Assembly: GCA_035647455.1 (NCBI GenBank)
Contig: DASRNI010000028.1
Location: 138,736 to 202,735, forward strand
DNA: 64,000 nucleotides
Origin: Bacilli bacterium
GTDB taxonomy: Bacteria > Bacillota_I > Bacilli_A > RFN20 > CAG-826
Reading direction: 5' to 3'
In this document: piece by piece, positions 27,086 through 37,162 of the stretch
How positions within the stretch are numbered: the stretch's first letter is position 1
Layout of the letters: each line of letters opens with the position of its first letter
Position numbers and translations under genes: made by a program
The notes under the pieces: generated by a model
The model's database searches: none
Seen by the model: only the letters and a program-made list of their open reading frames with translations
Told to the model about the DNA's origin: nothing

Positions 27086-27697
27086 ATATTAGTTGTTACA
27101 AATTTAACGAAATTTTTTGGTCGTCAAAAAGTTCTCGATAATTTAACGTATCAGTTTCACCATGAAAATCTTTATGTGATTACCGGCGTTTCTGGTTCGG
27201 GTAAAAGTACTTTACTCCATATTATTAGTGGAATCTTAAATAAGGATCATGGCACGCTTCGTTATAAAACAAAAGAACTCCATAAAAAAGATGTGGTTTC
27301 TGTATTACAAACCGCTTATCTTTTTGGTGACTTAACGGTTCAAGATAACATCAATATCCCAACCTTACTTGAACGGAAAATTAATAAAAAAGAGCGAGCA
27401 GAACTAGTTAATTTATTTAAAATTAAGCATATTCTTAAACGACAAGTTAAAGTTTGCAGTGGCGGGGAAAAAGCACGCACTAATTTAGTTAGATCATTAA
27501 TTGTAACTGCGCCAATCGTTGTTGTTGATGAGCCAACCGCAAATGTCGATTATGAAAACGCCCTACTTATTGCGGAAAGTTTAGCAAAGTTTGCTCTAAA
27601 ACGATTAATTATTGTGACGAGCCACCAACCGCAACTCTTTAATTTTCCGAATGTTAAAATTATGAAACTTAGTAATGGTAAACTTTATGAAACTTAA
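27086..27697 (+). CDS. ABC transporter ATP-binding protein (apparent non-canonical ATA start)
   Basis: Walker A GVSGSGKST, signature CSGGEKAR, Walker B VVVDEPTANVD, H-loop VTSHQ. The conserved N-terminal strand ILVVTNLTKFFGRQKVLDNL is encoded upstream of the first canonical start (GTG 27176), after TAG 27080-27082. AGGAGG at 27074-27079. Confidence 0.7.
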   Translation: MLVVTNLTKFFGRQKVLDNLTYQFHHENLYVITGVSGSGKSTLLHIISGILNKDHGTLRYKTKELHKKDVVSVLQTAYLFGDLTVQDNINIPTLLERKINKKERAELVNLFKIKHILKRQVKVCSGGEKARTNLVRSLIVTAPIVVVDEPTANVDYENALLIAESLAKFALKRLIIVTSHQPQLFNFPNVKIMKLSNGKLYET

Positions 27698-28937
27698 GTT
27701 ATATTACGGATTAATCAAGTCTTTTTATAAAAGAATGAAGACGCAAAACATAATTACTGTCATTATATTTGTTATTTCGATTGTTACAACGAATACAGCC
27801 CTGCTTTTTTACTTGGCAACAAACAACATTAAAGAAGAAGTCGCAATGTCATATTTTGAGTATAAAAGTATTAATATCGCTGAAGTGCGTCAAGTCGCTG
27901 CTAATAATGATTTATTAACGTTAAGTCAGTACCGACGTCCGGAAATTGCCACGCTTTATAATATGATGGATCGGATTGGCCACTTTGAGATAAAACCAGA
28001 TTATGGTGCATTTCTTAATCATGGCACGATTGAGCTATTTGGTCGCGAAGTAACGCGGCCTGAATTTGTTGTTCATCAAAAAAGTGAAATAGGGGTAAAT
28101 AGAGCATTTTATAACGTAATTAAACAAAATTTCACAGTTGACCAAACAAATTTCCAATTAGTGTATCGTTTAAATGAACAAATTGAGTTAGCCGAAGAAG
28201 TATTTAAAATCACAATTAGCAAAGCACTCCCCGTTATGTTTGTGTATGAAGAAATTAATTATTTCAATATTCCAAAACTTTTCCTTCCACAAAATGTCGT
28301 TGATGAATTTTTAGGTGATTACTATTTAACAAACAACTTAACAGTAGCAAACTTAATTTATAACTTACCAAACGACCATGCTTTAACTAATCGCCAATTT
28401 CGTTTACATTTCCAGGATGAAACAATTTATAAAACATTTATTCGTAATGTTTTAAATATCGATAGTGAAATAGCGTATGAATTTAGTGGTGACGATTATG
28501 AAAAAGGCGAACTTTTTGCCGCTCTTTTTAGTTATCTCCGTCTTCTTGTGATTGTATTTCTTGTTTTAGTTATAATCGGCGTTCTTTTGATTACTGTAAT
28601 GATTACAAATGCTTTTATTGAAAAAAACAAACCACAGATAGCCCTATTTCAATTATTTAACTATAACTCAGTCTTGTCTTACATTCTTTTCGCACTTATT
28701 TACTTTTTTAATTTTGGTCTAAGCTTTATTAGCAAACCGCTACTATTCTTGATTTATAAATTAGCGAACAATGTAATCTTTCGTGTCCTTGGTTTAAGCC
28801 AACTTTTTATTTTCAACAACGATTTTTATTTATTAGTTTACGCGGCAATCGGGATTTTAAACTTTTTACTTCTTATTAGTGTGACGCTCATCAAATTAAG
28901 AAAGCCCGTTTTAACGACTCTTCTCGCCCATGATTAA
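27675..28937 (+). CDS. FtsX/MacB-type ABC permease (TM1, extracytoplasmic domain of about 240 aa, three C-terminal TMs)
   Basis: Hydropathy pattern read from the translation. Overlaps the flanking ABC genes. Alternative start at ATG 27687. Confidence 0.6.
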   Translation: MVNFMKLKLYYGLIKSFYKRMKTQNIITVIIFVISIVTTNTALLFYLATNNIKEEVAMSYFEYKSINIAEVRQVAANNDLLTLSQYRRPEIATLYNMMDRIGHFEIKPDYGAFLNHGTIELFGREVTRPEFVVHQKSEIGVNRAFYNVIKQNFTVDQTNFQLVYRLNEQIELAEEVFKITISKALPVMFVYEEINYFNIPKLFLPQNVVDEFLGDYYLTNNLTVANLIYNLPNDHALTNRQFRLHFQDETIYKTFIRNVLNIDSEIAYEFSGDDYEKGELFAALFSYLRLLVIVFLVLVIIGVLLITVMITNAFIEKNKPQIALFQLFNYNSVLSYILFALIYFFNFGLSFISKPLLFLIYKLANNVIFRVLGLSQLFIFNNDFYLLVYAAIGILNFLLLISVTLIKLRKPVLTTLLAHD

Positions 28938-31629
28938 AATTCGTCGCCTAAATTATGCCCAAAATGGGCAACAAATATTAGATATTAAGAAATTAGAAAT
29001 TAATAAAGCGGGTTTTTATGTAATATTAGGCGATTCTGGTTCCGGTAAAACAACGTTACTTCACGCAATAAGTGGGTTTTTGGACGATTATAGCGGTGAA
29101 GTGATTATTGATAACCGCAACTTAGGTACGTTTACTGGGGAAGAGCGTGCTCGTTTATTACGAACAAAAATAAGTCTAGCTTTTCAGCACTTTGTTTTTA
29201 TTAATGACCTGACAGTTGCCGATAACATCGGACTTGTCCATAGTTCTTATAGCGAATATAATCGGTTTCGGCATCAAAAAATTGTTAGTGATATGGCTGA
29301 CAAACTTAATATAAGTAGTTTGTTAACAAAGAAAGTACGCATTCTTTCTGGTGGGGAAAAATCGCGCGTTAATATTGCTAGGACGTTAATTAAAAATACA
29401 CCGATCTATTTGTTTGATGAACCAACAGCAATGCTAGATTTCGCTAACGCCCAGCTTGTGATGGAATTACTTAAAGAGAAAAGTAAGGAGCATATCGTGA
29501 TTCTTGTCACGCATGACTTACAATTAGCGACGATGTACGCTGATGAAATTATTACGTTGAACTACGGAAAGATTGTTCGGCAAGAGAACATTAAAAAGTT
29601 GCAGACATCTGCACGAAAAATCACTCAAGATTACACACTAAGTGAAAATAGTAAAAAAATTGCTTCTTCACTTTTTAAAGCATGGAAAAAACGTAACTTC
29701 ATTGCTTCTTTTAGCGCAAACTTTGCATTAGCAGGGATTGGACTTAGTCTTTTGCTCGTGAATTCATTAAATATAAAATTAACGAAAGCACTTCAAGGTC
29801 CTTTTAATGAAGAAGCAGCTTTTGTTGCTACGGAAAGCAGTCCTAATATTAATGTTATTAAGTCACTTGATCAAGACGATATTACGTATTTATCACGGAA
29901 TCATAATTTACGTTGTAGCAGTTTTTTTGTTACTGATTTTGATCAAATATTTACTGCAAAAAATGAAGTGGTTTTTTATCATCAAGGTTTTCGTCACGTT
30001 TTACCGTCATTTCATGCCAATTTATTTAACGAAGTTTTATATTTAGAAGAAATTGAAGACGAAACTTTTCCGTATGTTTATAATTTGGATGCCGATGAAA
30101 TTATATTAGATTTACCAATTGATGATTTTCGTGTTTTACTCACAGCGCTTAATTTACCGTATCGAAACAATGCAGCAGAACTTGGTGTATTTTTAGAAAA
30201 CAATGAAGTTAATCTTATCTTAAATGTTGGAAATTATGATTGGGATTATTTTGATGAACAAATATTTCGTTTGAAAGCAGTCCGGCTTAAAGCAAATGCC
30301 CGAATAATCACGAGTAATTTAAATTTTGCTGAAAACTTATTCATCGATAAGATGCGTCTTCTTTCTTCAACAAGTTTAACTAAGGTTGAAGAGTATCCGT
30401 GGGTGCTAAAAAAGCTTGTTTATGTTTTTACAAAAAGACGTGATGAGCTTTTATATAAAACCGAATCTTTACCAAGTTATGTAATGCAAACTGCAAATAA
30501 CAGCTATTTTCGCACATTAAGCGAAGAAAGTGCGTTACAAAACCGCGTTTTATTTTTCAAGGCACCGCCGCGGTTTTATGAATTATTTACATTTGTTAAC
30601 ACTAATAACATTACAAACAATTATTTATATACAACCCCATATTTTACATTTATCGAACAGTTACTTTTAATTGGGTTTTCAATGAATTTTTATGTAAGTG
30701 CCGATGCTGTTTTACTTTCACAAATTGCCAAGGAAGATATTGATAATAACGAAACAAGTCATGTTCAGTTAAATGTGCCCGACAATGTTGTTAATCTATC
30801 GTTACAAAATAGTGGTTTTGGCGCGTTAAGTTTTAAGAGCACTAACGCAAATTTAAAATTAAATGAAATTATTATCTCGACTGCAGCTGCTGAAAAGATT
30901 TTTGGAAACCTAAATGTAAAAAATGAAACACTTCATGTACAAGCTTTGACGGAAATAACAAATAAAGGTGGTCTTTACGAAAAGAAGTATGAAACATATA
31001 CTTTGAAAATTGTTAATGTTATTAAAAGTGATGTGGTGACGTTTTATCACCACCACCTTTGGCAGTATTTACTTTTCAAAGATATTTTTAAAATTTCACC
31101 GTTTGCTTTTAAAATTAATGGACTACTTATTGATGATGATGTAGAACTTGATGCAGCGAATGGCTTCATTATTACAAAGCCTTTTATTGCGTACAATGAA
31201 CTCATTAATGAAGCGCTCGCAAATATTGAAACATATTCACTTTTTGTTAGTTTAACCGCACTTGTTGTCTCCTTCTTTATTGTCATTATGGTTATTTTTC
31301 ATTTATTAGCAGAAGCTTATCCAAGTTTAAACAACTTAAATTTAATTGGTTATGATAAAAGAGCGATTCAGAGCATTGGCAAACATTACATCGTTACTTT
31401 TTTTATAAAACTATATATAACAGTAATTATTGAACTTTTACTTTTCTCTTTTATCATTGAATACGTGCTGAGTCGTTATTTTATGACAAAATTCAGTTAT
31501 GTATTTACAGTTGAGCCATATGTCGTTATTTCGCTTTTAATTGTAACTTTGCTTTTCTTAATCACAGTGATTTTTCAGATTATATTCAAAAGTAATCATG
31601 CCCTTACTTTTTCGCGTCGTGATTTATAA
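28930..31629 (+). CDS. Fused ABC ATPase-FtsX/MacB-type permease (899 aa) with an extracytoplasmic domain of about 480 aa
   Basis: N-terminal NBD (GDSGSGKTT, LSGGEKSR, LFDEPTAMLD, VTHD). Then TM1 (FALAGIGLSLLLV), a long hydrophilic region and three C-terminal TM helices. Confidence 0.75.
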   Translation: MIKIRRLNYAQNGQQILDIKKLEINKAGFYVILGDSGSGKTTLLHAISGFLDDYSGEVIIDNRNLGTFTGEERARLLRTKISLAFQHFVFINDLTVADNIGLVHSSYSEYNRFRHQKIVSDMADKLNISSLLTKKVRILSGGEKSRVNIARTLIKNTPIYLFDEPTAMLDFANAQLVMELLKEKSKEHIVILVTHDLQLATMYADEIITLNYGKIVRQENIKKLQTSARKITQDYTLSENSKKIASSLFKAWKKRNFIASFSANFALAGIGLSLLLVNSLNIKLTKALQGPFNEEAAFVATESSPNINVIKSLDQDDITYLSRNHNLRCSSFFVTDFDQIFTAKNEVVFYHQGFRHVLPSFHANLFNEVLYLEEIEDETFPYVYNLDADEIILDLPIDDFRVLLTALNLPYRNNAAELGVFLENNEVNLILNVGNYDWDYFDEQIFRLKAVRLKANARIITSNLNFAENLFIDKMRLLSSTSLTKVEEYPWVLKKLVYVFTKRRDELLYKTESLPSYVMQTANNSYFRTLSEESALQNRVLFFKAPPRFYELFTFVNTNNITNNYLYTTPYFTFIEQLLLIGFSMNFYVSADAVLLSQIAKEDIDNNETSHVQLNVPDNVVNLSLQNSGFGALSFKSTNANLKLNEIIISTAAAEKIFGNLNVKNETLHVQALTEITNKGGLYEKKYETYTLKIVNVIKSDVVTFYHHHLWQYLLFKDIFKISPFAFKINGLLIDDDVELDAANGFIITKPFIAYNELINEALANIETYSLFVSLTALVVSFFIVIMVIFHLLAEAYPSLNNLNLIGYDKRAIQSIGKHYIVTFFIKLYITVIIELLLFSFIIEYVLSRYFMTKFSYVFTVEPYVVISLLIVTLLFLITVIFQIIFKSNHALTFSRRDL

Positions 31630-31716
31630 TCTTCTTTGCTTTTTTATTAGTGGGGAAGTGTTATGATAGGAAGGTAGTTCAATTTATGAATTGCATGAAA
31701 GATTATGGAAGGAAAG

Positions 31717-31917
31717 ATGATGAAGGGTACTGTTAAGATGTTCAACCGAGAAAAAGGTTTTGGCTTCATTCAAAGTGAAGACGGTCAAGACGTTTTTTTC
31801 CACTACTCAGTTCTTGAAATGGAAGGTTTTAAAACTGTTAATCAAGGCGATGAAGTCGAATTTGAAATCGAACAATCAGATCGCGGTTTACGCGCTACAA
31901 AAGTTGTTAAATTATAA
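31717..31917 (+). CDS. cspA: Cold-shock protein (CspA family)
   Basis: [19 protein letters not shown] (RNP1) and VFFHYS (RNP2). SD GGAAGGA. Confidence 0.9.
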   Translation: MMKGTVKMFNREKGFGFIQSEDGQDVFFHYSVLEMEGFKTVNQGDEVEFEIEQSDRGLRATKVVKL

Positions 31918-31937
31918 TTTGAGTTTATGAGTATAAG

Positions 31938-31967
31938 AAGGATTGGGTAACCAGTCCTTTTTTTATT
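31938..31967 (+). terminator. Intrinsic terminator after csp
   Basis: AAGGATTGG gtaa CCAGTCCTT followed by TTTTTT. Confidence 0.65.
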
Positions 31968-32013
31968 GAAAAAAAGTGTGTTATTGCTATAATACATAAG
32001 AAAGTGAGGGGCT

Positions 32014-33120
32014 ATGTCATTAAGTGTCGGAATTATTGGTTTACCAAACGTTGGGAAGTCAACACTTTTTAATGCATTAACGGCAAGTCGTGTTGTAGCC
32101 GCTAATTACCCATTTGCCACTATCGATCCGAATAAAGCGATTGTCCGCGTTAATGATGAACGCGTTGCTAAATTAGCTGGAGAATTTGAACCGCTAAAAA
32201 CGTACTATGCGACAATTGAGTTTAATGATATCGCTGGACTAGTCCGCGGCGCAAGTAAAGGCGAAGGACTCGGTAATCAGTTTCTTGCTCATGTCCGGGA
32301 AGTAGATGCATTAATTCAAGTTGTTCGTTGTTTTGAACTTGACAATGTTGTCCACGTTGATGAAAGTGTTGACGCAAAGCGTGACATTGAAACAATTAAT
32401 CTTGAGTTAATTATTAAAGACTTAGAAACTTTGAATCGTCGCAAAGAAAGAGTGGAAACAAAAGCACGCGTCAATCAAGAAAAAGAAGCGATTTTTGAAT
32501 TTAACACAATTACAAAATTTATTGAGCAACTTGAAAACGAAAAACCACTACGACTTTTGACACTAACTGAAGAAGAAAAAAAGTATGGTTTAAAAACATT
32601 GATGCTTTTAACGCTGAAACCGATGATTTATATTGCGAATATAAGTGATGATGAATATGCAACGTATGAAAATAATGTTCACTATCAAGCGGTTAAAGAA
32701 GTAGCAAAACACGAAGGTACAGATGTTGTTCCTGTCAGTATTGCTTTTGAAGAACAACTTTACGCACTTTCTTCAACTGAACGCGAACTTTTAATGAAAG
32801 AGTTAGGTGTTAAAGAGCTAGGACTTGATAGTGTTGTTAAAACAGCATACGATATTTTAAACTTAAAAACATTCTTCACGGTTGGGAAAAAGGAAGTCCA
32901 TGCTTGGACATTTAAAGCAGGAATGAAAGCACCAGAATGTGGTGGTTTAATTCATACAGATTTTGAGCGTGGTTTTATCCGCGCAGAAGTATATACGTTT
33001 AATGACTTCTTGAAATATCAAACAGAAGTAAAAATAAAAGAACATGGAAAAATGCGGAGCGAAGGAAAAAACTATACGATGAAAGATGGCGATGTTGTCC
33101 GATTTTTATTTAATGTTTAA
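32014..33120 (+). CDS. ychF: Ribosome-binding ATPase YchF
   Basis: GLPNVGKSTLFNAL, a coiled-coil insert and a TGS C-terminus (DFERGFIRAEV). Confidence 0.95.
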   Translation: MSLSVGIIGLPNVGKSTLFNALTASRVVAANYPFATIDPNKAIVRVNDERVAKLAGEFEPLKTYYATIEFNDIAGLVRGASKGEGLGNQFLAHVREVDALIQVVRCFELDNVVHVDESVDAKRDIETINLELIIKDLETLNRRKERVETKARVNQEKEAIFEFNTITKFIEQLENEKPLRLLTLTEEEKKYGLKTLMLLTLKPMIYIANISDDEYATYENNVHYQAVKEVAKHEGTDVVPVSIAFEEQLYALSSTERELLMKELGVKELGLDSVVKTAYDILNLKTFFTVGKKEVHAWTFKAGMKAPECGGLIHTDFERGFIRAEVYTFNDFLKYQTEVKIKEHGKMRSEGKNYTMKDGDVVRFLFNV

Positions 33121-33294
33121 TATAATGACAACAGAATTTACTTCTAAAACATGCTAATAACGGTGCATTTACCAGTTGAAACACGACTAAAACACGATTT
33201 ATTTAATAAATCGCTTAATATTAATGAAAAACTTTATTGCCAAAGTCGTTTAAATATACTTTATTTTAAAGTATAATACTTTTTGGAGCGTTTA

Positions 33295-34914
33295 ATGATA
33301 GAAAAAATTTTACAAACAAAAATTAAAGATGCAATTAGTGGACTTGGCCACGATGTTCTATTGACGGATATCGTGATCGAAACAACACGTGATGACAAGC
33401 ACGGTGATTATGCAACAAACATCGCCATGAAACTTGCTCAAGTGTTTAAGAAAAATCCGCGTGATATCGCACAACTGATTATTGAAAAAATCGATCGAAC
33501 ACATATTAATAAAATTGAAGTTGCTGGCCCTGGTTTTATTAACTTTTTTATTGATGATTTATATTTAGGCCAAGTGATAACTGATATTTTCCACTTAAAA
33601 GATCATTACGGTGATGGCGAAAAGAAAGATGAAGTGATTAATATTGAATTTGTTAGTGCTAATCCTACTGGTCGTTTACATTTAGGTCATGCCCGTGGCG
33701 CCGCCCTTGGTGATTCATTAGCACGACTTTTAATAAAAGACGGCTACAACGTTATTCGTGAGTTTTACGTTAACGATGCTGGCGTACAAATTAATAATCT
33801 TGGAGCGTCTTTATATATTCGTTATTTAAACTTACATGGTATTGCTGCCGAGTTACCAGAAGATGCGTATCATTCTGCTGACTTAATTGCTGTCGCCCAA
33901 AAACTTAATGAAGAGATTGGTGCAAAATATATTAATGACAAAGAACTAGGCGAACGGTATTTTGCGAAAAAGGGCAGTGATTTATTTTTAGAAATAATTA
34001 AAGATGATTTAGCACGTTTTCGCGTACTTTTTGATATTTATTCGTATGAAACAAAAGTTAAGGAAGATAATCCGCTCGACGAACTCATTAAAAAACTTGA
34101 TCAATATATTTATCAAGAAGAAGGCGCGTTATTTTTGAAAACAAGCTTATTTGGTGACGATAAAGATCGTGTAATCGTTAAGTCAAACGGCGAACATACG
34201 TATTTTCTACCAGATATTCAGTACCATCTCATTAAACTTAGAAATGAAAACACAAACTTGATTAATATTTTTGGTGCCGATCACCATGGCTATATTACAA
34301 GAATGAAAGCTGCACTCCAGATGTTTAATTATGATGAAAATATTCTTGATGTCATTATTATGCAATTAGTGCGGTTAATTAAAGACGGTGCAGAACTCAA
34401 AATGAGTAAAAGGACGGGCACTGCTGTTACGCTTGACGAATTAATTGATGACGTTGGTGTTGATGCCGCTCGTTACTTCTTTATTGCTAAATCAGCATCG
34501 ACACATTTTGATTTTGATTTAGATTTAGCCGTTTCAAAGTCGAACGCAAACCCAGTCTTCTACGCGCAATATGCGCATGCACGCTTGAGTGCAGTACTTG
34601 AACGCGGTAAAGAGTTTGGTTTTAAAACGGATAATCTTGTTTTAAGCGAACTTGGTGAAAGAAATTTAATCAAACACTTAATTGCTTACCCATTAATGAT
34701 TAAAGATAGCGCCAGAACGCGCGAACCTTATAAAGTTGCAAACTATATCCAACAGCTTGCAGCATATATTCATAGCTTTTATACAGAAAGTAAAATTGTT
34801 GATGAAACAAATATTGAACTTTCGAAAGCACGGCTTAGTCTTGCAAAAGCCGCGAAATTAGTTATGAAAAACGCACTACATCTCATCGGTGTTAGTGCGC
34901 CAGATAAAATGTAA
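33295..34914 (+). CDS. argS: Arginine-tRNA ligase
   Basis: SANPTGRLHLGH (HIGH-type) and KMSKR motifs. GGAG SD 6 nt before ATG 33295 (the ORF opens at TTG 33283). Confidence 0.95.
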   Translation: MIEKILQTKIKDAISGLGHDVLLTDIVIETTRDDKHGDYATNIAMKLAQVFKKNPRDIAQLIIEKIDRTHINKIEVAGPGFINFFIDDLYLGQVITDIFHLKDHYGDGEKKDEVINIEFVSANPTGRLHLGHARGAALGDSLARLLIKDGYNVIREFYVNDAGVQINNLGASLYIRYLNLHGIAAELPEDAYHSADLIAVAQKLNEEIGAKYINDKELGERYFAKKGSDLFLEIIKDDLARFRVLFDIYSYETKVKEDNPLDELIKKLDQYIYQEEGALFLKTSLFGDDKDRVIVKSNGEHTYFLPDIQYHLIKLRNENTNLINIFGADHHGYITRMKAALQMFNYDENILDVIIMQLVRLIKDGAELKMSKRTGTAVTLDELIDDVGVDAARYFFIAKSASTHFDFDLDLAVSKSNANPVFYAQYAHARLSAVLERGKEFGFKTDNLVLSELGERNLIKHLIAYPLMIKDSARTREPYKVANYIQQLAAYIHSFYTESKIVDETNIELSKARLSLAKAAKLVMKNALHLIGVSAPDKM

Positions 34915-34928
34915 TTAGGGGAGGGAAT

Positions 34929-35345
34929 ATGAAACTAAAAACAACATTATCTGTCGCTCACACAATCTTAAAAGAAAGCAAGGAGCCGTTACAATTTCAT
35001 CGACTTTGGCAAGAGATAAACAAAATCCAGAAATATAGCGATAATGAAATCGCTGATGAAATGACAAGATTTTATACAAATTTAATGTTTGATGGTCGTT
35101 TTGTTAATTTAGGTAACAACGTTTGGGATTTACGTGAACGTGTTAAGCATGAAGATATCGCTTTAGAATTAAAAACAGTCTATGTCGCGATTGATTCTGA
35201 AAAAGTTCGTGAAGTTGATGAAGAAGAAGACGAAGAAGACTTTGAAATTGATAATGACGACTTTGAAGAGATAGAAGAAGTTGAAGAAAAAGACGACGAA
35301 GAAGACGAAGAAGATGAAGAAGATACAGAAAGTAAAGAAAAATAA
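34929..35345 (+). CDS. rpoE: DNA-directed RNA polymerase delta subunit
   Basis: N-terminal HARE-HTH-like domain ([23 protein letters not shown]) plus a highly acidic D/E-rich C-terminal tail. Confidence 0.85.
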   Translation: MKLKTTLSVAHTILKESKEPLQFHRLWQEINKIQKYSDNEIADEMTRFYTNLMFDGRFVNLGNNVWDLRERVKHEDIALELKTVYVAIDSEKVREVDEEEDEEDFEIDNDDFEEIEEVEEKDDEEDEEDEEDTESKEK

Positions 35346-35356
35346 AGGAGAATATA

Positions 35357-36217
35357 ATGAAAAATTTAGTTAGCATGAAAGAAATGCTCATCAAGGCAAA
35401 CAAGGAAAAATACGCAGTTGCCCAATTTAATATTAATAACCTTGAGTGGACAATCGCTATTTTAGATGAAGTCGAGCTGCTTAAAGCGCCAGTTATTTTA
35501 GGCGTTAGTCAAGGAGCCGCAAAACATATGGGCGGTTTTAACACTGTTGTTCATATGATTAAAGGATTAATTAAAGATCGAGGATATACGATTCCAATTG
35601 CTATTCACTTAGACCATGGAAGTAGCGAAGAAGCGTGTCGCGCCGCGATTGATGCCGGCTTTACTAGTGTAATGATTGATGCGAGCCAACACCCCTTTGA
35701 AGAAAACTTAGCGATTACAAAGCGCGTTGTTGATTATGCACATGCCCACGGAGTTAGTGTTGAAGCTGAGTTAGGAAGCATTGGTGGACAAGAAGAACAC
35801 GTTATTGCTGAAGTTATGTATGCTGACCCTAAAGAATGTGAAATCATGGTTAAAACAACGGGAATTGATTGCTTGGCGCCAGCATTAGGTAGCGTTCATG
35901 GCCCGTATAAAGGCGAACCAAAACTTGGTTTCGATGAAATGGAATATATTAATAAATTAGTTGGTGTCCCCCTAGTCCTTCATGGTGGAAGTGGCATTCC
36001 TGATTATCAAATCCAAAAAGCAATTGCCCGCGGAACAGCAAAAATTAATGTTAATACGGAAGGACAAATTGCGTTCACACGCGTCGTTCGTGATGTACTT
36101 AATAAAGATCCAAAAGTTTACGACCCACGAAAGTACATTCAACCAGGTATGAAAGCGATTCGTGAAGTTGTACGCGAAAAATGTGAAGTTTTCGGCTGTA
36201 TTGGTAAGGCCGCATAA
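35357..36217 (+). CDS. fba: Class II fructose-1,6-bisphosphate aldolase
   Basis: [18 protein letters not shown] and LVLHGGSG motifs. Confidence 0.93.
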   Translation: MKNLVSMKEMLIKANKEKYAVAQFNINNLEWTIAILDEVELLKAPVILGVSQGAAKHMGGFNTVVHMIKGLIKDRGYTIPIAIHLDHGSSEEACRAAIDAGFTSVMIDASQHPFEENLAITKRVVDYAHAHGVSVEAELGSIGGQEEHVIAEVMYADPKECEIMVKTTGIDCLAPALGSVHGPYKGEPKLGFDEMEYINKLVGVPLVLHGGSGIPDYQIQKAIARGTAKINVNTEGQIAFTRVVRDVLNKDPKVYDPRKYIQPGMKAIREVVREKCEVFGCIGKAA

Positions 36218-37162
36218 ATGAATGGTTACGACCGTTTAAAAGCTTTTATTGAAAAACACGACACAATTACAATCTTTTCACATATTTATCCTGATGGGGA
36301 TGCGATTGGTTCTTTAATTGGCCTGCGCGAACTCATTTTAGAAAATTACCCGCATAAAAAAGTTTATGCGCTTGGTAGTAATATTAAGCCGCATGTTGAC
36401 ATTGTCGGCCCAACAGATGAAGTAACTGATGATGTTATTAAAAATAGCGCAGCGATTGTTGTTGATATCGCAAATAGTGCTCGCGTTGAAGACCAGCGCT
36501 TCAAGTTAGCAAAAGGTTCGTTTAAAGTAGATCATCATATTTTTGCGGAAAAGTTTACTGATGACGAAATTGTCGATACAACAAAGATTGCGACATGTGA
36601 AATGCTCGGCGAATTTGCGCAGCTTGCTAAGCTTAAAGTTAATAAACTTGCAGCAACAGCGCTTTTACTCGGGATTATTACTGACTCGGGACGCTTCTTT
36701 TATGATGCAACAAGTGCGTTAACATTTAGCGTTAGTGCCTTTCTTTTGGAAAACGGTGCCGATTTCTTAAAAATAAATGAACATTTAGGTAAACGCCGCT
36801 TAGGTTCGCTTAAAGAGCGTGGTTATATAATGTATAACTATAAAACTTATGAAAATATCATTTACATCTTCGTTGATTATAAACAACTATTAGCACTCGG
36901 CCTTGCGGCAAGTGACGGGACTAACTTTGTGAATACTTACCGTAGTATTGATGAGTTTCCAATTTGGGTAACTTTTTTCGAAGATAAAGATGGTCGTGTT
37001 TTTACGGAATTACGTAGTGCAAAATACAATGTCCAACAAGTTGCAAAACAGTTTGGCGGTGGTGGGCATGTTAAAGCAAGTGGTTGTCGTCTAGCTTCAC
37101 AAGCAATGATTAATGATGTTCTTGTTGCACTAACGAATGCTGAGGAATTAAGTGATGTATAA
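36218..37162 (+). CDS. nrnA: DHH/DHHA1 phosphoesterase, NrnA-like (oligoribonuclease / pAp phosphatase)
   Basis: HIYPDGDAIGS (DHH motifs I-II), DHH at KVDHHIF, and GGGH in DHHA1 (FGGGGHVKASG). Confidence 0.8.
   Translation: MNGYDRLKAFIEKHDTITIFSHIYPDGDAIGSLIGLRELILENYPHKKVYALGSNIKPHVDIVGPTDEVTDDVIKNSAAIVVDIANSARVEDQRFKLAKGSFKVDHHIFAEKFTDDEIVDTTKIATCEMLGEFAQLAKLKVNKLAATALLLGIITDSGRFFYDATSALTFSVSAFLLENGADFLKINEHLGKRRLGSLKERGYIMYNYKTYENIIYIFVDYKQLLALGLAASDGTNFVNTYRSIDEFPIWVTFFEDKDGRVFTELRSAKYNVQQVAKQFGGGGHVKASGCRLASQAMINDVLVALTNAEELSDV

Noticed and set aside
33121-33294. T-box leader upstream of argS
   Set aside because: There is no T-box sequence (AATTAGGGTGGTACCGCG-like), no specifier-loop/stem I architecture and no terminator-antiterminator pair. 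Only a palindrome and a direct repeat are present, and these are reported separately.
35143-35403. 86-aa antisense ORF across the rpoE tail and fba start
   Set aside because: It is generated by the GAA/GAC-rich acidic tail of rpoE, which is read as Leu/Phe/Ser repeats on the opposite strand. It has no independent signals.
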